Of a DNA stretch of 64,000 nucleotides, positions 1 through 25,390 are shown piece after piece. The notes below the pieces were generated by a model, which saw only the letters and a program-made list of their open reading frames with translations, ran no database searches and was not told the DNA's origin. Position numbers and translations under genes: made by a program. Source of the DNA: Macrostomum lignano. Its lineage: Eukaryota. The stretch spans positions 1-64,000 of the forward strand of contig NIVC01001448.1 of the NCBI GenBank assembly GCA_002269645.1. Direction: 5' to 3'. Every line of letters begins with the position of its first letter. Position 1 is the first letter of the stretch.

Positions 1-378
1 GTTTCTTACACCAACCGAGATAACAATGGAAGTATGGATAAAATAATAGCTCTTGTCACAAAGTAGGGATAGTAGGGTTAAAAATTATCTAATGGAAAAA
101 TCTAACAGCTAATCAATCGCGTATGATAGCATAAATATTGGGAAAAAGCTGGGAAGATAACAGACAGAGAATTATGATGAGGAGCATTATGATGAGGACA
201 GTCTAAATAAATTTCTACGAATAAAAGGAAGCTTTGAAAACTAAAAAAAAGTCATACTTATACCAATTAAATTCAAATAAAATTTTCGTTTACTACTTTT
301 TGTTTACTGCCCAGTCTAAAGTCTACTGAAAATCGATATCAAGTCGGTATGATTGTGCTACACAAAGACAGTCGGAGT

Positions 379-2000
379 TCAGATTTCAAAGACGCGCTGT
401 CTCAAGGAATTGTTAGCCACATCGAAGGCCACGCAGCGCCTGCTGTCGGTGCTGAACTCAATCACCGAGTCGTCGTTGAACGGAACTTTGATTGCAGCAC
501 GAAAGTAGGGCGTTCCGAAGCCGCTGCTGACCTGCTGAGCAACGAGGGCGGCCATGTTTCGGTTGCCTCGCAGCAGTTCAGCATTCAAGTCGAACTTTCC
601 TTTGTCCTGCACACTGTTCGAGGCCAGCAGCATCCCAGTGATGGAGCACACTGTGTCCAGCTTCTCACCGTCATCAACAAACAGCATGCGGTCCCTCACA
701 GAAATCTGAGGCCTGGCGCCCGCCTTGTCGATGCCGGTCACCGCAAGCTTCAGCTGGACTTCATTCGACTTCTTGGACAGTCCGAAAATCACCGGCTTGC
801 CGTCGGCTCGCTCAGCGAGGATGAACAGCTTGTCAGAGTCTCCGGCGATGCAGCGCAGCTTCTGCACGTCATCTTGCAGGTCAGAGACGCCGACTCGAGA
901 CTGCTCCACTCCGCACATGTCGGCGATGATCAGCTGTAGATCTTGGACGATGAACAGCAGTTGCAGTTTTGTGTCGGAGTGAAGGTCTCTGATGGGCTGC
1001 TCCCAGCTGCCGGGTACCTTGCCGACCTCCTCAGAGTCGAATGAAACCAAAACGACATTTTTCTCGCTGGCAGAACGATCCACGGCGACAAGAATGGATT
1101 TGGGAGGCAGCTGACGTATTTCAGACACTTGGGTCTCTTTAGTAGTTGTCTGAGATGTTTCGGTGACTTCAGTAGCTGGCTGAGGTATTTGGATATCTTC
1201 CGAGCCTGGTTGAGGCACGCACTTTGTACGCGATTTACAACCTCCAGTCGCTGTTTTAGCTCCAACGATGCTACCAGAACCGTCAAGAGCAAAGCCCTCA
1301 GTGCTATTCCACACTGTCAAGCAAGATGGGGTTCCGCTGAGTTGGATATTATTTTGTTTTGGAACTGCGTCAGTATTTGGGACACTCTGGCTTTTGCTAG
1401 CACGAATATCAAGGCTTTTAACCAAATTCTGAGCAAGCTGAAGCGACATATCGAAGCTCATCTGCAGGTTTCTAACCATCGAGTTGACATCCGGGAAGGC
1501 AGCCATCGTGACCTCGGTTTTCCCTTCATTCATGCACACAAGCTCTGAGTTAAGCTCAAGTGACTCAAGCGACTTGTCCATATTCTCCGTGATGAGGAAA
1601 GCCTGTCTCAGGTTTCTCTCGTTTTTCGCTGTCCTGAACTCCGTCTCAAGTTCGTCAACTACAGCTAGAGTCGCAAGAGACTCCGACATCTTTTCGTAGT
1701 GCTTGTTGACGGCTTCAGTGAGCTCCGCCTGGCACTTTTCGAATGAGTCGCGCAGATCTTGAGGTGTAAAGTGTCACAGAGAAGCTCCATGTCGGACGCC
1801 AGCCTCTGCTGCATGAGACGCAGCGGGCGCTGGTAATTGCGAAAGTGAGCGATTCTATCCGCGACAGCGGCCTCCGCATTCTCGCACCTGCGCAGGTCGG
1901 CCTGCAGATGGTGCTCACAGAGCGGCTGGTCCGAGATCGGAGACTTACTGGCTGACGGATTTCTGCACAGTCTCACGAAGCACGTCGCTTTGGTGTCCAT
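379..2000 (-). CDS. Uncharacterised intronless protein: N-terminal Cys/His motif (B-box-like) + coiled coil + possible beta-rich C-terminal domain; one reading-frame break near 1758-1777
   Basis: ORF 1665-2000 starts MDTKATCFVRLC...PLCEHHLQ. The frame of ORF 379-1689 is open from 1773 (..DLRDSFEKCQAELTEAVNKHYEKMSES..) and continues the helical sequence, so the two ORFs join with a single -1 shift. The TRIM/B-box resemblance is weak pattern recognition only. Confidence 0.5.
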
Positions 2001-2569
2001 TCCTGTCCCGAAATTCAGTGAGCAAATAGCTTTAGGAGTAAATAGCGAACGAAACTACAGGGGTCGCAGTGGCAGTGGTTTATACAAAAAGTAAAATATT
2101 GCGAATAAACTAGGCACTACGGATTTTATCTTCACAGCAATCATTTTGTGTTCTCAGATAGAGTTAACAAGTACATTCAGGTACAGTACATACATGTGGG
2201 CTGTATTTACTGCAATCCTGGAATACATGTCTATAGCCATGTACTTGCATTACGTGTACAGGCCGAGATTACGTGAAAGTACGCAATGTGCAGTTTTTAT
2301 CCTGTACGGCATACGAAGTTCCGCTTTTTTCAACGCTGATATTAGTGACTGTTCTAGTGACGAAGAAATGCCTGGCCAACCGAGCCACGCGTTTTGTAAA
2401 GTACTGCGCTTGTGACTTTTTACGTGGGGAGTAGCGTAAGGGGAAGCGTGGGGATTTTACTCTGGGTTAGTGAACGCATCGTGGAGGGGCCGCTCCAGGC
2501 TTGGATTGGCTCTGCGCTGTGCTCGCTGTGCTTTCTCTCTCACTGCTCTCTCAAAAAATATTTTCCGCG

Positions 2570-2890
2570 TGAGCGCTGCATTGATCTTGCCAGGGCGCTA
2601 AAATTGGCACTGAAAGGCTGAAATTGGCGCCGGAATATTGAAATTGGCGCCAAGAAGTAGCAAGCTGATATACGCTGCCATTTGTGCGCCGTTCCAGCGC
2701 TGATTTCAGCATTCCGGCGCTGATTTTGAGATCCTGGCGCTGATTTGGGGATCCTGGCGCCAAATTTGGCTTCAGGCGCCAATTCGAGCTTTTACGCGCC
2801 AATTGTAGCTATCCAGAGCCGATTTGAGCTTTCCAGCGCTGGTTTGGGCCTTTTGGCGCTGATTTGGGGATCCTGGCGCTGATTTGGTGA
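2570..2890. repeat. GC-rich degenerate repeat of GGCGC(T/C)/AATT motifs in both orientations (foldback/MITE-like)
   Basis: Recurrent ggcgctgatt, aaattggcgcc, ggcgccaatt and gatcctggcgc motifs, in direct and inverted arrangement. Confidence 0.5.
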
Positions 2891-2982
2891 CGAAGGCAGA
2901 CAAGATAAATGACAACTGAATAGTGGAATCATCCTGTTGCTTAACATTGGGACTAGTCGATTGGAGAATTCCACCTCCAGCG

Positions 2983-4540
2983 TGCACTAGTAACTGTCTA
3001 AAGGCTGAGCAAAACTGTCTCAGAGTCAGATTGTGATTCCAGCCGTTTCGAAGCCTGACGGCATTAAAAATAACTCAAGAAAATCCTGCGACAACCCGTA
3101 AGTGCAAATAAAGAAAAAAGCACAACTTGAAAACAAATACTTGGCAAGGGCCATACGAGCTAACAGCCTCACAATTCACCATGAAGCCGAGAAAGCCTGT
3201 TTTCTTTGCAGTTTCAACAATTTTGCGTCCAGACAGATTTTCAAGACTTCCGAGAAGCTTAATCGAGTCAGTAAAGAAGTCAATAAAGTCCGACTGGTTG
3301 TCAGCCCTTAGAGCCATTTTGGCCCCCTAATTTACTAGTTGCTTGGATTTAAATGCGTCGTGCTCAATAAAATCTGCCGTCACAAGTACATCATGGTGCT
3401 CGAATCCTTGCTGATGTACCCACCGCAGGGAGTCAGCAACTGACTTACTAAAAAGCTGGGATGCCAAATAGACCTTCATCTTTAAATTGGCAAATTTGAT
3501 GTGATGCCTGCTTAGTTTATTTCCCAGTTTGAGCCCGTGACTATCCTGAACTTGATGCAGTAGTGAAACATATTTCCAATCAATATTCCCCCTATTCGGC
3601 CAAACTATCGTGCCCATTGATTGCCACTGATTGCGAATCAGCTCCAACATATGAGGCGGATCGAGTAAGGCAGAAACCTGAATGCTTGGGTCACAAGGAT
3701 GAGGGAACGTGGCGACAATTGAATCCGGAGAACTAATTTTAGCCCCAAGAAGTTCAATAGCTCGAATGTTGTGCTGTGTTCCATCGCATGTGAGCGATGT
3801 GGTGACAACGTAATCCTTGATTCTTCTACAACACTAGACATTAATTGACCTTCCACACCATTTACTAGAAAATAACCCAATGGCAACTTCCAATAGTTCT
3901 TCAGACCCACAGCCATCACTACCAATGCCGACGTCGCCTCCTGATCACTTGCCTTGCCATCTCCTTTGTCAACATAGCCGAAGAACATGCCTTCATTCGA
4001 ATTCCATTCAATCATTGATTCCAATGACATCTCATCGGCCACTACATTGCAGTAGTCAAAGGCTGTGCCATCGTCGAAGCATTTACCGTTTGAAATCCAT
4101 CTTCAAAGAGACGCAGAGTGCGGTGAGCTGAAAACAATTTCTGACATATTCATAGGCTTTGGGGCTGTAGAAGTGCAGGGTGGACGCGGATTTTCGCACT
4201 TCAGTAGGAAACTTTCTTGTCCGCTTATTGCTTTGAGGCAAAATGCTGCTAATCAAAGAATTCGAGGTCAAAAAACTCAGGCGCGAAGCAGCCGCTTCAT
4301 TCAGAATGCTCTTTTTCCTCAACTCTCCGATTGCCTCCTTCGGGGTTCTCGCTCTTCGTTTAATTTGCCTATGCTTTGAGCGCAATGATTTGAAGAGTTT
4401 TGAAGAGAACGCTGTAAGATTTCAATAGCTTTCGCACCCTTCTTGGACTTGGCATGAGCCGCTAGAAGCCTATTGTACCTGCGCCTCAGATTTTTCAAAG
4501 CTCTTACCTTCGTATTGAAATCTTCCCTGCTCACAGGTCT
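2983..4540 (-). mobile_element. Degraded P-element/THAP9-type DNA transposase (pseudogenised, several frameshifts)
   Basis: Minus-strand frames give TLHFYSPKAYEYVR, ADEMSL...FFGYVD...ALVVMAVGLKNYWKLPLGYFL, LDPPHMLELIRN, KMKVYLASQLFSKSVADSL, KKTGFLGF and LSQDFLELFFNAVRLRNGWNHN..RQF. These are the ordered hallmark motifs of the P-element transposase, including the D/D/E regions. No TIRs were identified. Confidence 0.88.
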
Positions 4541-5149
4541 GGCTGAGGAAGATCTGATGAGGGCGCACTTTTTCCAAATCCCGCGCTAGCACATGGGCTC
4601 TAAACTTACTAGCCTACTAACAGCAGGCTAAGGGCATTTTTATCCTTTTTCTGCGAATTGTCATAGAATCTATACTAAATATAATTTTTGGTCATACTAG
4701 TAGTCAAATTAACATAGGCGCAGCTTTTTGGGTCATAAATCATCGCTTTCGAAGCTGGTCTGACAGCCACCTGCGCCTCACTCCGTGTTGAGGCGGGCGC
4801 CAGATGGTCTGAGAGGATGCGGGCGGTAGCTTTTTTCTCATCATTTTGACAGGCCATCAGATTTATGAGGTCAGAGCCTATTGTTCGTGATCACTCAAGC
4901 GTGTGACAGCTTTGACAGCTATGCGTTTTACCCCCAAAAGTACTTTGGGATTAGCGATTAGCGATTTCTCTTCATTATCTTCAATTTCTATTTAATAAGA
5001 GCTTTCTAATGTATATTTTTTCATTCATTTTTGTCAATTCTACGCGAAAAGTCATAAATCATTTTGATGCGATTTTGAGTGATTTATGGCCGCACCTGTC
5101 ATATTTTTACGACCCCGAGGGAACTGATAGGATTTCCCGGTCACGTGAT

Positions 5150-5275
5150 TCTGGGTGGCAACAAGCTCAGCCAATCAGAAAACTTGACGCTCATTTTAAC
5201 AAATCGGCTCAGCCAATCAGAATCGATGTGTTCCATTATAACAAACTGCGGTCCAGTTGGCGGCTATTTAAACCG
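5150..5275 (+). promoter_or_regulatory. Pol II promoter-like motif cluster (E-box, two CCAAT boxes, TATA-like), possibly in an LTR-like element starting TGTCA at 5097
   Basis: CACGTG, then cagCCAATcaga twice about 45 bp apart, then ggcTATTTAAAcc. No matching 3' LTR end or TSD was found. Confidence 0.35.
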
Positions 5276-8200
5276 GTGTTTTTGGCCCGCTCGGACTTCA
5301 ACCTGCGGTTACCCTGGTACCGGTTCTACCCCTGCAAACCCTTTCTGGAGACCGGCCAGGAACTTGCTCTCTCTGACCGTCGTTTCTTGATCCCCGGATC
5401 GCAACCCCCCCCCCCCCACCATCATCAAGGACGAATTCCCCCGGTCATCAGCAGTGAACATCAGAGTGAAGAGCATCACCTGCTAGCTATCAGCAAAGAA
5501 TGTGACATCAGCATCATCCCGGGTCTACAGCTGCGAAGCACTAAGCCGATTCGGTCACTGTGGATTACCTGGTCTCCGGCTGTTGAGTTTCTGATTGTTT
5601 GTGTGAGAGGCTACCTAGACTTGCTTGATTGGGTGATCCCTTATCTGTCCCCTGTTTCAGTAGCTGGATTAGGCGCACACTTTTGCTCATTTTGTCCAGT
5701 AGTGCTGTTACTGAGGCAGAAATCATTCAATAATACTGCTAGTAGTCTGAAGCTCCAATTCAATCTGAAGTGTGAAGTGATCTAAGGAGAAGGTTAAATC
5801 TGACAGTTAATTTTATCGATTTTATTTCTTTGTTCGCCGATGGCTCAGATGAGTAGCTAAGCTAGTAGGCGCCGGTCACAGTGGACCAACGGCAAGGCAG
5901 TTCTCAGTCGATCAATCTATCAAATCAGTTAGCGAAATTGCCAATAGTGCAAAATCGGCGCCAGAGATGTACTTTGTGCACTCTAGGTTCGCCAAGCGGC
6001 TCGGGTGATGAATCGTGCGAGGTCTCTGAAGTTCGAGTTAGTCTATCATCAGCGCTATGAGAGGCTAGTTGGCGCGTTGAAGGCCAAAAGTACATATCCT
6101 CGTATTTAGCAATGTAATAGTACATGTAGCTACCCATAGTCTCGCCACTGCAAGAATCCCCTGCACAAGTCACCTCTGTACCAGCATGGCCAATGCGATC
6201 TAGTCCCAGCAGTGTCCCTTATCATCGGCTATGACTTCGAGATTGACAGCAAAAAGACACTAGTTGGCAGGTAAGTGCAAAGCCCCTTCTAGTCGGAAGC
6301 CCGATTTCGAGAGTCCCGGTGTGGTGAGCCAGGACGTACGGGCTGGTGGTAGCGAGTTAGCTAACCTGCGGGTTAACTAATTTCTACCTTCAAAATTCTC
6401 CCTGCTTGTCTCTCGCTGTCCCTCTCTTAGCTATAGGACCTAGACTGCTCGCCACACGATCAAGCTACCATGGGCTGACCATCTGACAGGAGTGGGGGGC
6501 CAGGACTCTAATTGATTTATTTCTGAGGCCTGAGGCCCGAAGGCTTCCCCACAAGGGGACCGAAAGGTCGAAACCCATCAAGACCATGAGTTGAGCTGTG
6601 CCATGCATTGTTATGATATTTAGATATGAAAATGTTCAGTACCGACCACCGGAAGGCTCTAATTTCGCTGGTGCACCCGCGGAATCCCGCGGGAAAGGCT
6701 TTCTATTGTTAAGCAACTAAAAACAACTAGAAAAGCATGTAAATATACTTAACACGATGTGTGTCGAAGGCAATTTGTACAAGCAAACTTACCAGCTGCG
6801 TCAATTACTTCGACCACATGATGCTCGTTTTGATAATTGATAGTCAGACGTTGCCCAGATCGAACTTCCTCGGATTTTTCCTACTTGAAAATGTCAAGTA
6901 AACCATTTGAATCAAAAAGCACCAGGTGTACATTCTGCGCTCTAGGGGTGGCTCGACGACGAGAACCGGAATTCATTAGTAGAAATGAATAATAGAGCAG
7001 TTATAGGTGAAAACGAGTTCAAATAGTTGCTAAATAACAACTCCTTAATGTGCTTTCTCGTTTAAGTTTTAAATCTGAGCACACTAGAGACGATAACGAG
7101 GGGTAATAGGGTGACACAACAGAAAGTCGCGTCTCGGTGGGGGTGGGTGGAGCGAACCAATCAAATGTGTTTCCTTCCCGTGGCCATGACTGTACGTAAA
7201 AATAACGTGGAAGCCTATAATTTTCTTACGAAAAACTCTATGAATATCAATGGAGCTACATGTATACGAGGTTTCCCATCCTTCTACGAGTACTTGAGTA
7301 GCCCTGCGACCACATCTCCGCATCAGCTTTGACTTCGTTGGTTATTGGCCTTCACCTATGCAGATCGCTTCTGTGACCTTCAACAGGTGGCACCAGGCGA
7401 CTATGAACACCCCGTTGCGAATTTCTTAATTGAGTTTCTTAATTGAGAGTGGACAAAGCTCAACTGCTGGACCATCCTCAGCTGGTCTCTCAAGCACTCC
7501 GTCATCAGATGAATGAAAAAAATTCGAAATTCTGGCGGCAAAATCGTCGAATATCTCGACGATCCGGGAGGGCTGGCGAATTGACTCTTCTTTGAAAAGG
7601 TGTGCAATAAAAAGTTATAGGCCGGTGTCCGGTGCCGGTGTGCCTCATGCCTTGCTCCGTTCTGGCGCAACAAAATGTCTTCAAATTCAGGGTATTGTAT
7701 TTAGACAGGCAAAGGACTTGGCATTCCTACGGTTAATTATGATATGTGGCTCGTATTTAGCCTGCTCACTGACTGCTTCGATCAGTCAGTCGGTCAAAGT
7801 AAATACGAAGTAAATACGAAGTAAGTAAGAAGTAAGTACGAAGTAAGTAAGAAGTAAATACAAAGTAAATAAATTCTGTTGCTAGCTACAGGTTTCAACG
7901 CGTTTAAACATTGGAAACACCTAAGACGGCACCTACCAGAAGCTGTTGTGGTTGCTGCTGCACATGCCAGTAATATTTCTGAGTATAATTAAAAATCTTA
8001 ATTTTTTCCGCAACCAAAAAGTAATCCAATGCGGAGAAATTGGCGTGAATATTATTGAGTGTTGCGAGAGCTGACACATGATTATGCATGAGTCGATTGT
8101 GAGGCAGCAATATATGGTTTGGTTGCTACTGCTATTGTAGTAACTCTGCTCAGAAGCCGATAAAATTCTTTCCATTCGGCAGTGAATATTGACATTTTAT

Positions 8201-8321
8201 TTGAACTCAGGTAACATATCTTGAGTATATATTAACTGCGGTTAGAGTTGCAGCAACCAGAAGGTTTTAGAATTTAGAAAGTTCAGCAACCGAGACTCCT
8301 TGCTCCGAATCAGGCGGTCCC

Positions 8322-9384
8322 TCACACGCGGGTGACGAACATCCCAGCCTCGGTCTTCAGCTCGTGCGGCAGAACGGCGAATCTCAACAGGTGGCAGGCG
8401 TCCAGGTGGAACAGCACGGCCTGGCAGTCAGCATCGCAGCGATATACGCACTCAGTCAGACTCCTGACGGGCTGCTCATTGCGGTAGAAGGGCCCGCTGG
8501 TAGAGGTCAGGTTCACGTAGTCTCGGTCAGCCAGAGTGAAATGATTGCTATCTAGAAGGGAAAAAAGAGACATAAAGTGCACCGCTACTCTGGTGAGACC
8601 AACACAAGTGCGTCTCCTTCGACATGTCGACTGCAGTCGATCTCACATTCTGAAATTTGGCGTTCATACGCACCTACGAGGGCCAACCCCAAGGCACAGA
8701 GAGTGCACATGCCTGACGATTAGAAAGTCGGGGCCGCCGAACCACCCTGAGCGAGAGCGCGTTTGAGTGCGTGCCTGCGAACAGGATCCAGTATGCGGTA
8801 GATAGCGCTTCACCAGCCTTCCGGCAAATATTGATCGAAATTTGTGAACTACTTTTAAATTTTAGTATTCAATGCTTATAAGTAGAATTGCTAAACCATG
8901 GATGCTGTACTCAGTGCATGGGGAAGTGCATGTACATGTAGAAATGCACCGATTGTACAAATTCCGCTACGCTCACCTGGACGATTGTAGACCTGCCGGT
9001 ACACGGAGCTTCGCCCCCAAGCTCCACACATTTGGGCGGAGTTTCCAGCGCAGGCCATGTTGCAGTCGCTGTCGGCTGCCCTGCCGAATCTGCCGTACGA
9101 GTTTCCACAGAAACAAAAACTTGAATACTGAACACCAAAGTAGCGGAATTTTCCATAGGCGCAGATTTCGCTGCAAAGCTGCAGAGTCATGCTGCTGAGT
9201 TCGACTGTCCCCCGGAGTTCCACGTCACCGAGTAGGGCCCGATGGTGGACCAGCCATTCAGACCGTTGATATCTCGATCTCCGGTGTCCACGAAGCAGCC
9301 CAAGTGGCCGAATTCAGCGCCCAGCGAGTGGCCGAGAGCGATGCAGCAGCAGAGAATCAGCGGCAGAATTGACAAAGTCTGCAT
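8322..9384 (-). CDS. Secreted WSC-domain + PAN/apple-like domain protein (2 exons: 9384-8977, 8551-8322; 1-bp frame break in the C5 run at 9209-9213)
   Basis: Signal peptide MQTLSILPLILCCCIALG. WSC motif LGCFVD..DR...MTLQLCSEIC..FRYFGVQYSSFCFCG...CNMACAGNSAQMCG..SVY. Phase-1 intron 8976-8552 (GTGAG...ttctAG) joins to SLTECVYRCDADCQAVLF..CHL (PAN-like). One extra G in the G5 run restores the frame (NSGGTVELSSMTL). Confidence 0.8.
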
Positions 9385-10157
9385 GGTCAGAGCGGCTGTG
9401 GAGAGTCTCACGAGACGGGATGTGCTTTCGCTTTTGTGCCTCTCGCCAGCTGCAGGACTGCGGGCTTTATGCAGCTTCCCAACTCCCCATTTGGGGTACG
9501 GGCGCGTTGCGATGGCATCGCGTTGCCAAGGCGACAGAGAAAACTGTTTACTGCGCGATGCCTTGGGGAGGCTGGGTTGCTACCAGTGGCTGCTCCTCGA
9601 TGCGTAGAATCTCAACGCAGCGCTCGGATTGTTCGAATGCATTTTTGCGTGAATTTTGCGAATTTGTTTAATCCGTGAGCGTCTCATTGTCAGTGTCTTT
9701 CAGTCTCAACTGTCTGCTTTTTCTGGTGCAGATTTTTGCCACCATTGACTTCTCACGTCATCATCCGATTTTAGAATTCAATTTTAGCATAATCAGAGTT
9801 GATTTTTCAACAATTCCAAGCTCACGTGCATGTTTCTCTGAGGACTGCTCAGCAGACACTGCACGGAATTGGGGCTCAAAGTTGATGAGCAAGTGCCCCA
9901 GGCTTTGAGCTGTGAATTTTAGCTTATTAGGTGCATCTAATGTGACTTAGCCAGCAGTCGTATACCTGTTCCTCAGTTCTGAGTAGTAGCCTGCCGCTGA
10001 GCACAGTAGGGGAGATCTCCTCCAGCTCCAGGACCTTTCTCAGGCTTGCTTTCGTCAAGCGTTTGATGCAACCAGTCGAATCCATGTTGCTCTGAATTGT
10101 CAAGAGATCTGCTCAGAAATCCTACCGGAAACTTTTTCGCTACATTTGAAGAAACTG

Positions 10158-10392
10158 GAATCTCGGCTTGGCTCAGCTGGTGCAATTAACGCCATTGCAA
10201 GAGCCAACCCCAAGACACAGTGAGGTGTACATGTTTAAGGATAAATAAAGTTAGGGCCGCTGTACACTCCCGTGTGAGTGTGTGCCTGTGCATAGGACTG
10301 CGTACATATCCGCGCGCTTGTGTGCCTGCTCAGGGGAGTCGGCGGTATGGGGTAGTAATGCCTCTCGCCGGTTGTGTGACAATGTCACTTGA
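10158..10392 (+). mobile_element. SINE family copy 1 (5'-truncated, lacks tRNA head)
   Basis: Reverse-complement match to 14672-14924 and 60045-60390 (gggccgctgtacactcc..gcctgctcaggggagtcggcgg..cctctcgccggttgtg). Confidence 0.75.
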
Positions 10393-10906
10393 AGCCATCT
10401 ATGTAGCCATCTAATAGTACGACCCCTTAATTTGTTAATGTGAAACGTGGATTTCACATAAATTTATTAAATAGCGAGGAATAGGTGAGATAGGTGCTTA
10501 CTAGGGCATGAGAACATCGTCCATCGTTCTTGAGAATTGAATAAGTCCAAATCAATTATAACTCAAATAAATTTGTGCAGAACCTAATCTTAAATGTCTA
10601 AAGACTTTTAATAAAGACTTCGTGCTTAATTAGTCTACTGTATTCTATGCAAGTTTAACGTGAGAAAGCTTAATAGATTCAGAAAACAAGGGTAAAAAAG
10701 CAGAGTTGAAAACAACAAAAGGACGGATCAAAGGGCATTTAAGAACCAATTTCTAAGAAACAATTAAAAACGGAATCAGTGACTGAACCCAGTGTGGGTT
10801 GAACGGAATGTTAATAATATTCATTAAAATAAAACAATCACATATTATAGCATTAGTTATGAGTCAGATTTATAATGAAATTCACATGTACTTTTGCCTC
10901 ATACAG

Positions 10907-24307
<13,401 letters not shown>

Positions 24308-24394
24308 GGTTGCTGTCCGGTTGCTGGGAGAGCATCAACCAGTAGGGGATATGTATGAATTATTTATGATCCCTAAGGAGACAGAAAATTAGAG

Positions 24395-25200
24395 AAATTA
24401 GAGAATCACAGATACCCAAGGGAAATCCCAGATAACCAAGGGAATCACAGATACCCAAGGGGAATCCCAGACACCCAAGGGAAATCCCAAATACCCAAAA
24501 GGATTCCTACTATACCCAAGAGGAATCCCAGATACCCAAGGGAATTCCACTATACCTAAGAGAATCCTAGATACCAAGTGGAATCCCACTTTACCCAAGG
24601 TGAATCTCAGGTACCCAAGGGGAATCCCAGATACCCAAGAGGAATCCCACTATATCCAAGAGAATCCCAGATACCAAGAGGAATCCCACTATATCCAAGA
24701 GAATCCCAGATACCTAAGAGGAATCCCACTATATCGAAGAGAATCCCAGATACCCAAGAGGAATCCCACTATATCCAAGAGAATCCCAGATACCAAGAGG
24801 AATCCCACTAAACACAAGAGAAATCCCAGATACCCAAGGGGAATAACAGATACCCACGAGGAATGCCAGATACCCAGGGAGAATCCCAGATACTCAGGGG
24901 AAATCCCAGATACCCAAGCTAACTCCCGAATACTCAAGGGGAATCCCAAATAACCAAGGGAGTCCCAGATTTCCAACGGGAATCCTAGATACCACGAGGG
25001 AATTCCAGATACCCAGGACGAATCCCAGATACCCAGGGAGAACCCCTCATTAATAATCTTGAATCCCAGATACCCACGGATAATCCCTCACTAACAATGG
25101 AGAATCCCAGATACCTAGGGAGAATCCCTCACTAACAATGGAGAATCCCAGATGCCCAGGGAGAATCCCTCTTCAACAAAGGAGAATCCCTGATGCCTAA
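24395..25200. repeat. ~21-bp minisatellite (AGATACCCAAGGGGAATCCC-type) between NUDT14 and TTC21B
   Basis: Tandem degenerate units. Confidence 0.9.
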
Positions 25201-25390
25201 TAAGAATCCTAAGTCCCTGAAATGAAATTCTAATCCCAAAAAAATTTTATCCGAAAAGTAAAAATTGCAAAGTTTACGTGGCATTTGGCTAAAGAAAATT
25301 TTTTTAAAGTCTAAATTTACTTTTAAACAGAAAAATAAACTAATTGCAAAACAATAGCAGTTTAACAGCCTATGTTAAAAACGTTGGCGG

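Noticed and set aside
349-939. 196-aa plus-strand ORF
   Set aside because: Antisense shadow of the 379-1689 coding region; no independent protein features.
5009-5785. 258-aa plus-strand ORF
   Set aside because: No recognisable motifs; overlaps promoter/LTR-like sequence; probably a chance ORF.
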